This document shows positions 1 through 9,320 of a stretch of DNA of 54,742 bases, in pieces. Location of the stretch: positions 1 to 54,742 of the forward strand of contig CAILMU010000061.1 of the NCBI GenBank assembly GCA_903835325.1, in the 5' to 3' direction. The translations under genes and the position numbers were made by a program. A model generated the notes under the pieces. The model saw only the letters and a program-made list of their open reading frames with translations. It ran no database searches and was not told the DNA's origin. Position 1 is the first letter of the stretch. Each line of letters starts with the position of its first letter. Source of the DNA: an uncultured Candidatus Micrarchaeota archaeon (GTDB taxonomy: Archaea > Micrarchaeota > Micrarchaeia > Anstonellales > Bilamarchaeaceae).

Positions 1-2
1 AT

Positions 3-881
3 GCCGGCCACGAAGTGAATTACAACGGCAAGAAATATCCCTTACGCTTGGTGCCGTGCGGATTCGTCTATGAGAAAGCGAAACTCATGATAGGCGCCGG
101 AGTCTTCGTGAATCCTGAAATCTTTTTCAAGGAAATCGAATTGATCGGCGGGCAGAATCGGACGTTCATCGATTTCCGCGCCGGGCTCATCACAAAAGAG
201 CATATCGAGCGCGATACTGCGTCCGAGAACTCCAAAAAAATAGGGACAACGAAGACAGGATGCGGTCCGGCGGTATCTGATCGCGTGAATCGCATAGGGA
301 GGATGGTCTCGGAAGTTCCGGAACTCAAGAAATACCTGATTGATGTCCCGAAAGCAGTGAACAGCTCTCAGAACGTCCTCATCGAAGGGACGCAGGCGTT
401 CATGCTCTCGAACCTTTATGGGACATATCCGTTTGTCACATCCAAGGATGTTTCGGCATCGACTATAGCCGCGGATGTCGGTTTGGGCCCGACGAAAATC
501 GATGATGTCATCATGGTCATCAAATCTTACACGACAAGGGTCGGTGCTGGCCCGCTCCAGGGCGAGCTATCTGTCGAGGACGCGAAAGCGAGGAACATGC
601 AGGAGTACGGCACAGTGACAGGACGGCCGAGGAGGACTTCGCCAGACCTGCATTTCGACGACCTGCGGACCGCGGCCATGATAAACGGCGCGGGCCAGAT
701 AGCGATAACGAAGATAGATATCAGGTTCCCGGGGAATATGGGGATCCGCGATTATGCGAAACTCACAAACGAGGCGAAAACATTCATCGCGGATGTCGAG
801 AAGAAGCTTGATGTCCCCGTCACATTGATAGGGACAGGGCCGGATGCGCTCGATGTCATCGATAGGCGCGACAGAAACTGA
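3..881 (+). CDS. purA: adenylosuccinate synthetase (short archaeal type), 5' end cut by window edge
   Basis: Frame is open from nt 3 (AGHEVNYNG...), so the GTG at 15 is not the true start. Motifs IGTTKTGCGPA, VLIEGTQAFMLSNLYGTYPFVTS and YGTVTGRPRR match PurA signatures recalled from memory. TGA stop at 879-881. Confidence 0.9.
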   Translation, partial: AGHEVNYNGKKYPLRLVPCGFVYEKAKLMIGAGVFVNPEIFFKEIELIGGQNRTFIDFRAGLITKEHIERDTASENSKKIGTTKTGCGPAVSDRVNRIGRMVSEVPELKKYLIDVPKAVNSSQNVLIEGTQAFMLSNLYGTYPFVTSKDVSASTIAADVGLGPTKIDDVIMVIKSYTTRVGAGPLQGELSVEDAKARNMQEYGTVTGRPRRTSPDLHFDDLRTAAMINGAGQIAITKIDIRFPGNMGIRDYAKLTNEAKTFIADVEKKLDVPVTLIGTGPDALDVIDRRDRN

Positions 882-894
882 CGGTCGCCCGCCA

Positions 895-916
895 TTCTTT
901 TATTATCTTTTTTTAT
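895..916 (+). terminator. oligo-T tract downstream of purA (archaeal-style terminator)
   Basis: TTCTTTTATTATCTTTTTTTATT lies directly after the purA stop. It sits between convergent genes. Confidence 0.4.
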
Positions 917-1522
917 TCAGGCTGCCTTTCCGCCTTTTTTCTTCGAAGCCTTGTTTTTCTGGAGCTTTTCCGCGACCATCCTGCCAAGCTCCTTCTTGTA
1001 CCGGTCCACCGCGTCGCGGAGGGTGGATTTCCTGAGCTCGCATATCTCGCAGCATGCGAACAGAAGGGCCTCGAAATCAAGATACCTCTCTGCTATTTCC
1101 CTTATCTCCATCCCGTAGAATCCTTCATCGGTGAGCGCGGAAACTGAATCCGACAGCTTCACATAGAGCGATGTGAGGTTCGTGTTGTCCTTTGCGAATG
1201 CCGATGTCCGTATCTGGTTAGTCTTCTCGATGAGATAGATGGCGATGCAGAGGCGTGCGACCTGGACATCGAAATCAGGTGGCGGCGCGTTGAAATCAAT
1301 CAGCGAGAAGGAATCCACCCGCTGCTCGAGCAGGGACCAGCTCCTCTGCAGGGTGATCCCGGGCCTCGCAAGCTGGGTCATGAACCCGATGGGCAGGGGT
1401 TCGGCAGGCTCCCCGGCGACGAATCGTTTATAGTTCTCGATATTCTCCTCCCGTATCTTCTCATAAAGCTGGATGTGGTATTGCCTTTCCTGTTCATCAG
1501 GCGCGATCGCGGGCTGGTCCAT
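917..1522 (-). CDS. hypothetical protein (201 aa) with a basic Lys-rich C-terminal tail
   Basis: Clean ORF with natural composition. ATG at 1522 lies 24-30 nt from a TATA-like box. No recognisable domain. Confidence 0.6.
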   Translation of the reverse strand: MDQPAIAPDEQERQYHIQLYEKIREENIENYKRFVAGEPAEPLPIGFMTQLARPGITLQRSWSLLEQRVDSFSLIDFNAPPPDFDVQVARLCIAIYLIEKTNQIRTSAFAKDNTNLTSLYVKLSDSVSALTDEGFYGMEIREIAERYLDFEALLFACCEICELRKSTLRDAVDRYKKELGRMVAEKLQKNKASKKKGGKAA

Positions 1523-1544
1523 GCGATTGCTTAGGAGTTAAACC

Positions 1545-1552
1545 ATTTTAAA
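1545..1552. promoter_or_regulatory. shared near-palindromic TATA-like box (ATTTTAAA) for divergent genes 917-1522 and 1577-6928
   Basis: It is the only AT-rich element in the 54-nt spacer. It lies about 25-31 nt from the ATG at 1577 and about 24-30 nt from the ATG at 1522, which implies leaderless transcripts. Confidence 0.45.
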
Positions 1553-1576
1553 CGCCAGCACGGAACTAACATATGG

Positions 1577-4500
1577 ATGGCTTACAAGCAAGCGGCGACC
1601 GGGCCGTCAGAGGCAGAGATCCCACAAGCGCCAACCTTGGCACAGACACGCACGGCGCTCACAGCGACAGACCTCGCGTCCGGCATCTCTTCCATGAGAT
1701 ACGCTCTCAGCAATAAAGGCGCCATCGATCCTTCATCCATCCGCGGCTCTACCCTGGAAAGAAATCCCGCAGGCAAAGGTTTCCTGGAAGGCAACGAAGC
1801 GATGATGGAGCTGAAAGGCGAAAACGCCATCGGTTTCGCAGCATGGTTGAAAACACCGGCAAATGCCGATAAGCTGGAGCGGGCAGGAATCCATGCAGAG
1901 CAGTCCGGAAAACCCGGAAGCCCTGAAATCACCCTTGTCAATGACAACTACCTTCCTTCCTCGATACGCACCAATAAGCCGCTGAGGAATGGGATGATCG
2001 AGACCCTTAACGCTGCTGAGACCTGGGAGGCTGCCAAGGCGGAGACCGCTTTTTTCACAGTGGCCAGCTGCATGAAAGCCGAGCGGGCGCTGGAAGATGC
2101 GAAAACCCGCCTGCCTCAGAAGAGCTATGAAGTGCTTGAGAGCGCAGCGCTGATGGGGAGGATGCCTTTCGAGATGATCCGGGAGGGCGGACCGATGCCT
2201 GGCGCTGAGAAATACGCGGATTCGGGGGCCGCCTTCAGGGCGGTGGCCAGATATGTCGAGACCGCGGATGCGCTTAATGCGAGCGCCGTGCCTGAATCCA
2301 CAAAGGCATTTCTCGATGACAAGATGAAGGGCATCAGGGATCATCTGAGGCTCGGACAATGGGACAACGCATCCCTGGAGATGGCCCTTGCCCAGACCCA
2401 TATCGCAATCTATTCCCCTGAAGCTGGCATCGCAGAGGGCAAGAAAGCCGTGCTTGAAGCTGGCATGGCAGCGGCGTGGAACGCAGAGCAGAAAGGCGAT
2501 TTCGCGAAAGCCGCCCGCATCAATGGCATGGCCCAGGAATATTTCTCTGACGCAAAGGGCGCGCAGCTGATTCAGAAGGCGCGGGATGAGGCGGCGAAGA
2601 GGCCGCTCTCAATAGAAGGCTCAGCATACCCGATGTTCATGGAAAACGGAAAGTTCAGCGAGAAGAGATTCGAGGAGCAGACAGGAGTCCCCTATCCAGA
2701 ATTCAAGAAGGGGGGCGTGGGCACCGTGCTAGATCGGCTGCTTGCAGATGCGCTGAAATCCGTCAATGACGCCCAGAAATCCATCGAGGAGGCGATAGCG
2801 CTCGAGGCGAGAAGCGCATCAACAAAGGGCGGACCGATGGCTGAAGTCCAGAACAAACTTGCGCAATCTGCCGAGCACATGAAAAAGGCGGATGAACTGA
2901 CAGGCACTGCGCTCTTAGGCTTGGGATATATCAACCACATGGCAAATCTCCACAAATCCGCGGCCGTGACACGGAACATCAGATTCGACGCAATCTCAGG
3001 AACGGCTGCCAAGTCAGCGCTCAAGGCGAAAGCTGAGGGCGTCGCATCAAGCGAGGATAATGCCGGATTCACGTTCATGCAGGAGTTCTTCGAGCGCACC
3101 GCCGCAGCGAGGGCTGAAGGAAAAGCGGCTCACGATTCCCACCTAAACGCAGCGAAGACGCACCAGAAGAATGGCGCCAGCGCCGAGGCCGGGCTTGGCA
3201 AGAAAACCAAAGAGATGAATGACGCCTACAAGGAATGCCAGACCTTCGAGGCATATACGAATGGGATGAATGCAGGCGTGAAGAAAGATAACGCGTCGCT
3301 GATTTCCGGCATCGATTCGGCCTCGAAAGGGTTGGATGAGGTCATCGCGAAAGCGAACGGCATCATAAAGGATGTCGATGAGCCGGAAAAGCGCAAGAAA
3401 CTCATCGCCGACAAGTATTCGCCGGATGGGATAAAGGCGAGAGCTCTTGCAGTGATCGCCCAGGCGGAATTATCCAAGGATGTCCTCAAACAGTTCAAAA
3501 CCACTCTTGAGGGACAAAATAAACAGTCTGATGCGGCCTTCGGGGCGGTTATCGGCAGCTACACGCCGGATAATGTCGTCAAGGATGCTTCTGCAACCAA
3601 TGACGGTTCGAGACGATACGGATACGGCACGAGTGCGGTTTTCTCCCAGCCAAGGGCGCTTGAAGCCGCCATCACAAATGATATGCATAACGGCAATGAC
3701 GCGTTCAACGGGGCCTTGGGCGGCCTGAACAAGAATTTGAGGGACCTCAATTTTATGGAAAGCCTTCAGGCGACTCCGGTTGACAGGCCGGATATGGTCA
3801 TCCCAAGCATGCTCGCAGGGATCGCGATTGGCAGGGCGGTCATCGCACTGCCCCAGATGCTCTCTGCCAGTTCGGCTCCTGTTACCGCGGCGTCGACAAC
3901 ATCGCAACTGCTATGGACCAGCGCGGGCCAGGCATTCATGGTAGCATCTGTCACGGTGGGAGCTATCGAGACCGTTGGCGGCACGATGAATCTAATAAGC
4001 GCCAGGACTCCGCAGGAAAGGGCGATGGCCGAGACGCAGCTGCGCGAGGGCGCGATGAACCTTGTTATCGGCGGTGCCGGAAAAGCGTTCCAGCTCGGCA
4101 ATTTCGTCCGGGAAGGGTTCGTCCTCTCAGAGGCGGTGGGCTTCAGCACGGGGGTCGCCTTGACAGCGAATGATGTGCGTGGCTGGGTGAGCGGAAGGAA
4201 GCAGTTCTCTGGGATGGATGCTGTGAGCGATGCGTTCCTGATGCTCCCGGGCCTCGGGTTGGCCTCAGAATATTATGCGGCGGCATCACGGGTGCCTAAA
4301 GCGGTTCCCCTTCCGGAAAAAACAGCATTCACAGTAGCAGAAGAGATGGCCCCACGCATAACGACGCCTGGAGCTCCGGCATTCGCGCAAAGGGGCGGCT
4401 TCATAGGCCTGGAGGTTCGAGGGGCGGCGAAGGCTGATGCAGGAACCGCAAGCGCATTGAAAGCAGGGCGGGTAGCCACTGAGGCGCCGGAAGTAGCCGC

Positions 4501-6928
4501 CGCGACAAAGGCCATAGAACTAAGCAGGGCGCAAAATGTCGTAGGCGCTGCCAATGACAACGCGATGGCGGCAAGAGGAGCAGCGGCTGCACAAGAAGGC
4601 GCGGTGGTCAGGAGACTGCCTACTGCTGCGAAACCTGTTGCTGCGCCAGGATTATCATTCGATGCTGACATCGCGTCCGGCGCCGGCCTGAAATCCTTGA
4701 AAGCAGCCGAACTCGATAGTCTCGCCGGAGCGCTCAGGACGGCTGGAGCTAATGATGCTGCAATCGCCCTCAATAATTATAGGCAAACAAAAAGCACAAA
4801 GGATCTTCTGAAAGCGGTCAACGCGATAAACACCGCCAAGAAGGAGAACCGGATAACGATAATAACAAAAGAAATCCAAGACGAAATGAAAGCCGTCGCA
4901 GGCGGAGGGCGGTCGATGGCATCCGCGCAGAGAACGTGGACTGTTTCGGTGCCGGTTGCCGGGGAAGCCACACCGGTTGCAGCGGAGTTTGGAGCCGGGG
5001 CCGCAGCCAGTACCGGAGCCAAAGTCGGAACCGCAGCGCCTGCGATTGTCAGGCCCATCGGCTCGGCGTCTGTTTCTGTCGTTCCCTCGTGGGCGCCGGT
5101 CCAGCCGGCTGAACTCAGGGGATTCCTGAAGATGGCAGTGGCTGACCAGAACGCGCGTATCGCGAAATTTGCCGAAGGCACCCTGGAAAAATCGTTCTTC
5201 ACCCGCATCCAGGGCTTGCAGAGGATGGAAAAAGAGTACGGCTTGGAAGGCAAGCTTGTCAGCTCCTATCTTGGCGCAGATAGCGAGGGGAACGCTGCTA
5301 GGAATGTCATTGAACAGATGTCAAAGAGCACCAGGCCCCTGTTCAACAAAGCAACTACTGAGAGAGCCGAAGCTGAATTCGTCCGCCGCGGAATCACACT
5401 GAAAACCCCGCTCGAAGCGATCAAGCCAGGTGAGACGAAGGTCTTCGAAGCGACCAACGGGAAGTTCTATGAAATCAGGAATGAAGGCGGCATGCTCGGC
5501 GTGCATGAGCAGAGGACGATGATAACTCCGGAACCGTTGCCTACGATGGAGGGGGGCATCCCGTTCGTCAGAAGCGTCCCGGGAGCGGTCAAAGGCGACC
5601 ATGCCCTGGATCTTGTGGACGTCCTTGCGAGCGGCGATATCAACAATTCCATCGATCGGGCTTTGCCAAAAGCGATCGGAGCCCGCAGGACGATAGTGGG
5701 CATCAGTGACAGCAGCGCGAATGCCATGAAGGGCGCGTTCCAAATCACGGTAGAAGAGACAATCGGCGTCGGCGAAAATGCTGTGAAAATCCAGAGGCAC
5801 TTCCTTTTGAAGACACATGACCTTAGCCCCAACAAGTTCGCGGATGCCATCATATCGGATAACGGCATCTGCACAGTGGACACAGCAACAGGATTCGGAA
5901 AAACGCCATTCAGTTACATGCGCTCTGATGGCAAGCCCGGCACCTTCGGGATGATGGAGCATATGGGCGAATCGCAAAGGACTTTCACGGTGGCGGGCCG
6001 TGAGATAAACATAGTAAGGAACCTGGGCGCGAATGATTTCGAAGCATCTAACCTCAGGAGCCTGGTCGAGGGCCCGGAGACACTGCCGTTTTTCGAGAAG
6101 ACCGGCCTCGTGCGTGTCGATCGTACGGGCGCAGCGCCCAAGGTCGTCTACAAAAAGGAGTTCTTTAAGACGATGGGCGGCGAGGCGGGCTTCACGGTTT
6201 TCACAGATATCTCGATCGGTGCCCGCGACGGGAAGGCAGCGAACGCATGGATGAAAGTGATTGAGGTCTCAGCGGATGACGCCAAGCACCTGGCGGACAA
6301 TAATTATCTTGTCACGAATGTCAGTGGCAGATGGCAGGCTCTAGTCCCGGCAAGGATCGACACGGACTGGTCTGTGGATTTCGTCACGGAATTCGTGGCC
6401 AACAAGGCCCCGAGAAGCGCTCTCCACATACAAAGCGGCAACGGATATCATGATTTCACCCCCATAGCGGACCAGTATGGCCAAAAGGATGTGTGGTCTA
6501 TCGCCAGGCAGCTTGAATCCCTCGGAGGCGCTGTCGAAAGCGAGGTCCCGGCGAGCGAGCTCAGGAAACTCGTCCTGGGTTCCATGAAAGAGGGCGGGGA
6601 ACTCTGGTATATCAGGAATGGCAGGCGCCCTGATTTTGCGAAGAATTTCGTCAGCCGCATCGAAAGCGCGCCCGCGAGCCAGCCGTTCGGCGCCGGGTCC
6701 GATAATCTTGTGCAAGGCACTTACGTGCGCACAGGCCCGAGCAATGGGAATGCGATTGGCAGGTATATGGACCTGCCTGGCGGAAGGTCAACGATCGGCA
6801 TGCACCGGGAAGGGATATTAGGCTCGTTCAAGTCATTGAACGATGGCATGCGCAGTAGCGCCTTCAGGGACGAACTTTGGGATCAGATAGCTTTGAGAGC
6901 GAGAAATAGGTTGGGAAGCGGCCGTTAG
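1577..6928 (+). CDS. giant hypothetical protein (1783 aa): Ala/Lys/Glu-rich N-terminal half, central hydrophobic segments, no signal peptide
   Basis: Uninterrupted 5.35-kb ORF. Hydrophobic stretches near aa 745-860 (IPSMLAGIAIGRAVIALPQML, AGQAFMVASVTVGAIETVGG, AMNLVIGGAGKAF, FVLSEAVGFSTGVALTA). No family recognised. Confidence 0.85.
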   Translation: MAYKQAATGPSEAEIPQAPTLAQTRTALTATDLASGISSMRYALSNKGAIDPSSIRGSTLERNPAGKGFLEGNEAMMELKGENAIGFAAWLKTPANADKLERAGIHAEQSGKPGSPEITLVNDNYLPSSIRTNKPLRNGMIETLNAAETWEAAKAETAFFTVASCMKAERALEDAKTRLPQKSYEVLESAALMGRMPFEMIREGGPMPGAEKYADSGAAFRAVARYVETADALNASAVPESTKAFLDDKMKGIRDHLRLGQWDNASLEMALAQTHIAIYSPEAGIAEGKKAVLEAGMAAAWNAEQKGDFAKAARINGMAQEYFSDAKGAQLIQKARDEAAKRPLSIEGSAYPMFMENGKFSEKRFEEQTGVPYPEFKKGGVGTVLDRLLADALKSVNDAQKSIEEAIALEARSASTKGGPMAEVQNKLAQSAEHMKKADELTGTALLGLGYINHMANLHKSAAVTRNIRFDAISGTAAKSALKAKAEGVASSEDNAGFTFMQEFFERTAAARAEGKAAHDSHLNAAKTHQKNGASAEAGLGKKTKEMNDAYKECQTFEAYTNGMNAGVKKDNASLISGIDSASKGLDEVIAKANGIIKDVDEPEKRKKLIADKYSPDGIKARALAVIAQAELSKDVLKQFKTTLEGQNKQSDAAFGAVIGSYTPDNVVKDASATNDGSRRYGYGTSAVFSQPRALEAAITNDMHNGNDAFNGALGGLNKNLRDLNFMESLQATPVDRPDMVIPSMLAGIAIGRAVIALPQMLSASSAPVTAASTTSQLLWTSAGQAFMVASVTVGAIETVGGTMNLISARTPQERAMAETQLREGAMNLVIGGAGKAFQLGNFVREGFVLSEAVGFSTGVALTANDVRGWVSGRKQFSGMDAVSDAFLMLPGLGLASEYYAAASRVPKAVPLPEKTAFTVAEEMAPRITTPGAPAFAQRGGFIGLEVRGAAKADAGTASALKAGRVATEAPEVAAATKAIELSRAQNVVGAANDNAMAARGAAAAQEGAVVRRLPTAAKPVAAPGLSFDADIASGAGLKSLKAAELDSLAGALRTAGANDAAIALNNYRQTKSTKDLLKAVNAINTAKKENRITIITKEIQDEMKAVAGGGRSMASAQRTWTVSVPVAGEATPVAAEFGAGAAASTGAKVGTAAPAIVRPIGSASVSVVPSWAPVQPAELRGFLKMAVADQNARIAKFAEGTLEKSFFTRIQGLQRMEKEYGLEGKLVSSYLGADSEGNAARNVIEQMSKSTRPLFNKATTERAEAEFVRRGITLKTPLEAIKPGETKVFEATNGKFYEIRNEGGMLGVHEQRTMITPEPLPTMEGGIPFVRSVPGAVKGDHALDLVDVLASGDINNSIDRALPKAIGARRTIVGISDSSANAMKGAFQITVEETIGVGENAVKIQRHFLLKTHDLSPNKFADAIISDNGICTVDTATGFGKTPFSYMRSDGKPGTFGMMEHMGESQRTFTVAGREINIVRNLGANDFEASNLRSLVEGPETLPFFEKTGLVRVDRTGAAPKVVYKKEFFKTMGGEAGFTVFTDISIGARDGKAANAWMKVIEVSADDAKHLADNNYLVTNVSGRWQALVPARIDTDWSVDFVTEFVANKAPRSALHIQSGNGYHDFTPIADQYGQKDVWSIARQLESLGGAVESEVPASELRKLVLGSMKEGGELWYIRNGRRPDFAKNFVSRIESAPASQPFGAGSDNLVQGTYVRTGPSNGNAIGRYMDLPGGRSTIGMHREGILGSFKSLNDGMRSSAFRDELWDQIALRARNRLGSGR

Positions 6929-6962
6929 CCTGCAGGCACCTGACGTTTCCTTATTTATCCGG

Positions 6963-7589
6963 CTATACGCTCCTTTTCGGCACGACCGGTATGGCGGCGC
7001 CTTCATCGGCTATCGCGATCGCGCCGTCTGAGCGCGCGCTCGCGCTTTCAGCGACCTTCAATGCGGCATTTATCGATGATACCACATTGGCCCATGGAAG
7101 AGCCGGGTTTTCGAAATGATGGAGGCTTTCTATCGGCTCCCTCACTATGATGCGCCGCTCCATGTCCACGAGAATCAGGTATGTGGTGCTTGTGCGCTGG
7201 AATATCGAGATTGCATAGGCCGGGACATCTTTCAAAGCCTCATCCGCATTCGGGCCGAACAGTTCCTCGGTGATTACCGGGCTGGAATCAGTGCTGTAAA
7301 CGATGCTGAATTCCCCTTTGTATATATAGAGGGGCTTCTCCGGAGCTTGCCCGGCCGCATCCCCAGGTACCCGCAAGGTCTTGCGGACGTCGTCATTCCA
7401 GCCTGTCGCCGAATCCCATATCCTCTCGATGACCTTGTCTGCGGAGATGGCGTTGATCGGTTTCGCCGGTTGGGGGTCTTTCTTCTGGCCGAATTCGGCA
7501 GGCTTCCTGGCCCTGGCTGAGATGTCTATCACTTTCGCATTGTTTTGCGCATTCCCCGCCGGTTTGGAACTGTTGCCCATATTGCCCAT
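6963..7589 (-). CDS. hypothetical protein (208 aa)
   Basis: ORF convergent with the 1783-aa gene, with natural composition. The overlapping plus-strand ORFs are Arg/Pro/Gly-rich and look like junk. Confidence 0.6.
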   Translation of the reverse strand: MGNMGNSSKPAGNAQNNAKVIDISARARKPAEFGQKKDPQPAKPINAISADKVIERIWDSATGWNDDVRKTLRVPGDAAGQAPEKPLYIYKGEFSIVYSTDSSPVITEELFGPNADEALKDVPAYAISIFQRTSTTYLILVDMERRIIVREPIESLHHFENPALPWANVVSSINAALKVAESASARSDGAIAIADEGAAIPVVPKRSV

Positions 7590-7622
7590 CGTACCACGTT
7601 ATATCCTCTATTTCCCAGCCAG

Positions 7623-7630
7623 TATATAAA
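7623..7630 (-). promoter_or_regulatory. TATA-like box (TATATAAA) for the 6963-7589 gene
   Basis: Lies in the AT-rich 91-nt divergent spacer, about 34-41 nt upstream of the minus-strand ATG at 7589. Confidence 0.35.
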
Positions 7631-7649
7631 TATCCATTATATACACAAA

Positions 7650-7656
7650 TTTATAA
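7650..7656 (+). promoter_or_regulatory. TATA-like box (TTTATAA) for the HAD hydrolase gene
   Basis: Lies 25-31 nt upstream of the ATG at 7681. Confidence 0.4.
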
Positions 7657-7680
7657 TTACTCTTACAGATATACAATAAC

Positions 7681-8406
7681 ATGCCTATGCACATAAAGCC
7701 ACGCAGCACAATGCGCAACCTGCCAGCATGCAACATGGCGCTATGGCAAGGCAAGTCGCTCCTTTTCGACATGGACGGCGTCCTGCTGGAGAGCCGCCAT
7801 GACGCCAATGCAGAAGGGAAAAGAAGCGTCCAGCACCTGGGCCAGAATATCTCCGAAGCGCTTGCGCGCCTGAAGGCGTCTGGTGTGAAACTCGCAGTGA
7901 CCAGCTCGGCCCGCAAGGAATATGCCCGCCGCATGCTTGCTGAAGCGAATCTCATACGGCCTTTCAGCTTCATTTTGACGAGGGAGGATATGGCGTATTC
8001 CAAGAACGGCGAGACGAGGGTGGTCCCGAAGGATTACACGCGCGCGCTCAAGATGCTGTGCGAGGCTTCGCCGCTCGACAACTGCGCCATTATCGGAGAC
8101 CGGCCGGCCTATGATGTGCCTCTCAACCCGGAGGGCATGGTGACCGCCATCTACTCCATGGAGATAGATTTCGCGAAGGTGCTCCAGCATCTCGAGATAG
8201 TGCTCGAGGCTGGGAAGGGCAGATTCGCCTCGGGTTTCGATGCGTTGAGTTTGGGAGGCGGGAGCGGCAATGGCGATGTCCATATCGTGCGGGACAAGAA
8301 CTGGCGTCTTGATAAGGATACGCAGGGCCTTGCAAGGATAATCTACTTCGAGGAGCCGTCTGTGCCTTCGCATATGCAGAAGATGTACGTGCCTAGTTCG
8401 CGGTAA
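7681..8406 (+). CDS. HAD-superfamily hydrolase/phosphatase
   Basis: HAD motif I is present (LLFDMDGVLL). Motif II-like segment is LAVTSSA, and a late IGDRPAYD resembles motif IV. The start could also be the Met at 7735, just before motif I. Confidence 0.75.
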   Translation: MPMHIKPRSTMRNLPACNMALWQGKSLLFDMDGVLLESRHDANAEGKRSVQHLGQNISEALARLKASGVKLAVTSSARKEYARRMLAEANLIRPFSFILTREDMAYSKNGETRVVPKDYTRALKMLCEASPLDNCAIIGDRPAYDVPLNPEGMVTAIYSMEIDFAKVLQHLEIVLEAGKGRFASGFDALSLGGGSGNGDVHIVRDKNWRLDKDTQGLARIIYFEEPSVPSHMQKMYVPSSR

Positions 8407-8425
8407 AAGACTTAAAAAAAATTTC

Positions 8426-8462
8426 GCCGTTGCGAGATCTTCGATCTCGGCCGGCATTTTTT
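8426..8462 (+). terminator. hairpin plus T-run downstream of the HAD gene
   Basis: Perfect stem CGAGATC (8433-8439), loop TTC, then GATCTCG (8443-8449), followed by GCCGGCATTTTTTC. Confidence 0.5.
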
Positions 8463-8497
8463 CATTAGGTTTGACAACATACAATCTGACAAAAAGG

Positions 8498-8536
8498 AAA
8501 AAACGCCGACGCAGAGGCTGATGCCTCTTCACGTCG
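8498..8536 (-). terminator. hairpin plus T6 downstream of tRNA-Ser (minus strand)
   Basis: The minus strand reads CGACG-TGA-AGAGGC-ATCA-GCCTCT-G-CGTCG, then GCG TTTTTT. It starts 18 nt after the tRNA 3' end. Confidence 0.45.
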
Positions 8537-8553
8537 ATTTCTTAAGATGAAAT

Positions 8554-8681
8554 CGCCGACGCCAGGATTGACAGCCATGCTGGCAAATCAAAAAAGCACC
8601 AGCTTTTTTGGCTTTTGAACCTGGAATCCACAAGGGACCGGTTTTCAAGACCGGCGCACTACCGGGTTGTGCGACGTCGGC
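8554..8681 (-). tRNA. tRNA-Ser (anticodon UGA) with an insert of about 46 nt (putative non-canonical intron) in the T-loop
   Basis: Folded by hand on the minus strand. Acceptor GCCGACG/CGTCGGC has 7 perfect bp. D-arm is GCAC-AACCCGGTA-GTGC. Anticodon arm is CCGGT-CTTGAAA-ACCGG. The 13-nt variable arm (TCCCTTGTGGATT) is type II. T-stem is CCAGG (8624-8620) and CCTGG (8566-8562). Discriminator is G and no CCA is encoded. The T-stem halves enclose 53 nt rather than 7. Confidence 0.7.
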
Positions 8682-8708
8682 ACTGACTAAATATGCTCTT
8701 CTATCGAT

Positions 8709-9320
8709 TCACTCGCTCACCTTCTCCTCATCGAACGCTTCTTCTGATGACGATTCGGCAACGTCATCGGCAGGCGCTGTCCCGGCTGACTCCGGAACGT
8801 TCGAATCCGACTTAGGCTGCGCAGGCTGCCCCTCTTCCGGGAACGGCGCGGCAAGTCGCTGCTGCATCGGAGACGCCTGCACGAAATATTTCCTGAATTT
8901 CTCTGTCAGCGTGAGTTTGGATGTCCGCCCTGCCTTGTGGCCTTTCACGAAGCCGGCGCCTATCAGTTCATGGACGTCCTGGTAAACGTGCGTGCCGATA
9001 TGCTTGACGAGCTCGGATTTCAGCATGCCGTCGTGCTTGGAAAGGTATGCAAGGGTCCGCAGCGCGCTGTGGCTTATCTCCGAATCCTGGGCGAACTGCT
9101 TCACGCGCTCCAGGTATTCGTTGCGGACCTTCATCTCGTACTTCCCGTCGGCCTCTATTATCTCTATCGCCCTGCCTTCGTAATCGTTCTTCAGTTCGGC
9201 TAGGACGTTCTGCAGGTATCCTATCGCGCCAATCCCGGTCAGCGTCCGGAATTCCTCAAGAGACATGGGCCTGGCGCTTATGAACATGGCTGCCTCGATC
9301 ATTCGTTTCTCGTTGGTCAT
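8709..9320 (-). CDS. scpB: segregation and condensation protein B homologue with an acidic disordered C-terminal tail
   Basis: The N-terminus IEAAMFISARPMSLEEFRTLTG and the tandem winged-helix-like layout resemble ScpB. The ATGA overlap with the upstream kinase gene indicates an operon. Confidence 0.7.
   Translation of the reverse strand: MTNEKRMIEAAMFISARPMSLEEFRTLTGIGAIGYLQNVLAELKNDYEGRAIEIIEADGKYEMKVRNEYLERVKQFAQDSEISHSALRTLAYLSKHDGMLKSELVKHIGTHVYQDVHELIGAGFVKGHKAGRTSKLTLTEKFRKYFVQASPMQQRLAAPFPEEGQPAQPKSDSNVPESAGTAPADDVAESSSEEAFDEEKVSE

Noticed and set aside
7741-8532. 263-aa minus-strand ORF opposite the HAD hydrolase gene.
   Set aside because: The plus-strand ORF carries clear HAD motifs. 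The minus-strand translation is Arg/His-rich and would run through the terminator hairpin.
8503-8562. Direct repeat of the tRNA 3' end (CGCCGACGC at 8503-8511 and 8553-8561), considered as att-site remnants of an integrated element.
   Set aside because: The repeat is only 9 nt and the copies lie 50 nt apart. The distal copy forms the stem of a hairpin plus T6 that is better explained as the tRNA terminator. No integrase is nearby.
8608-8985. 125-aa plus-strand ORF covering the tRNA and the scpB 3' end.
   Set aside because: It overlaps a well-folding tRNA and is antisense to scpB. It is Ser/Ala/Cys-rich and low in complexity.
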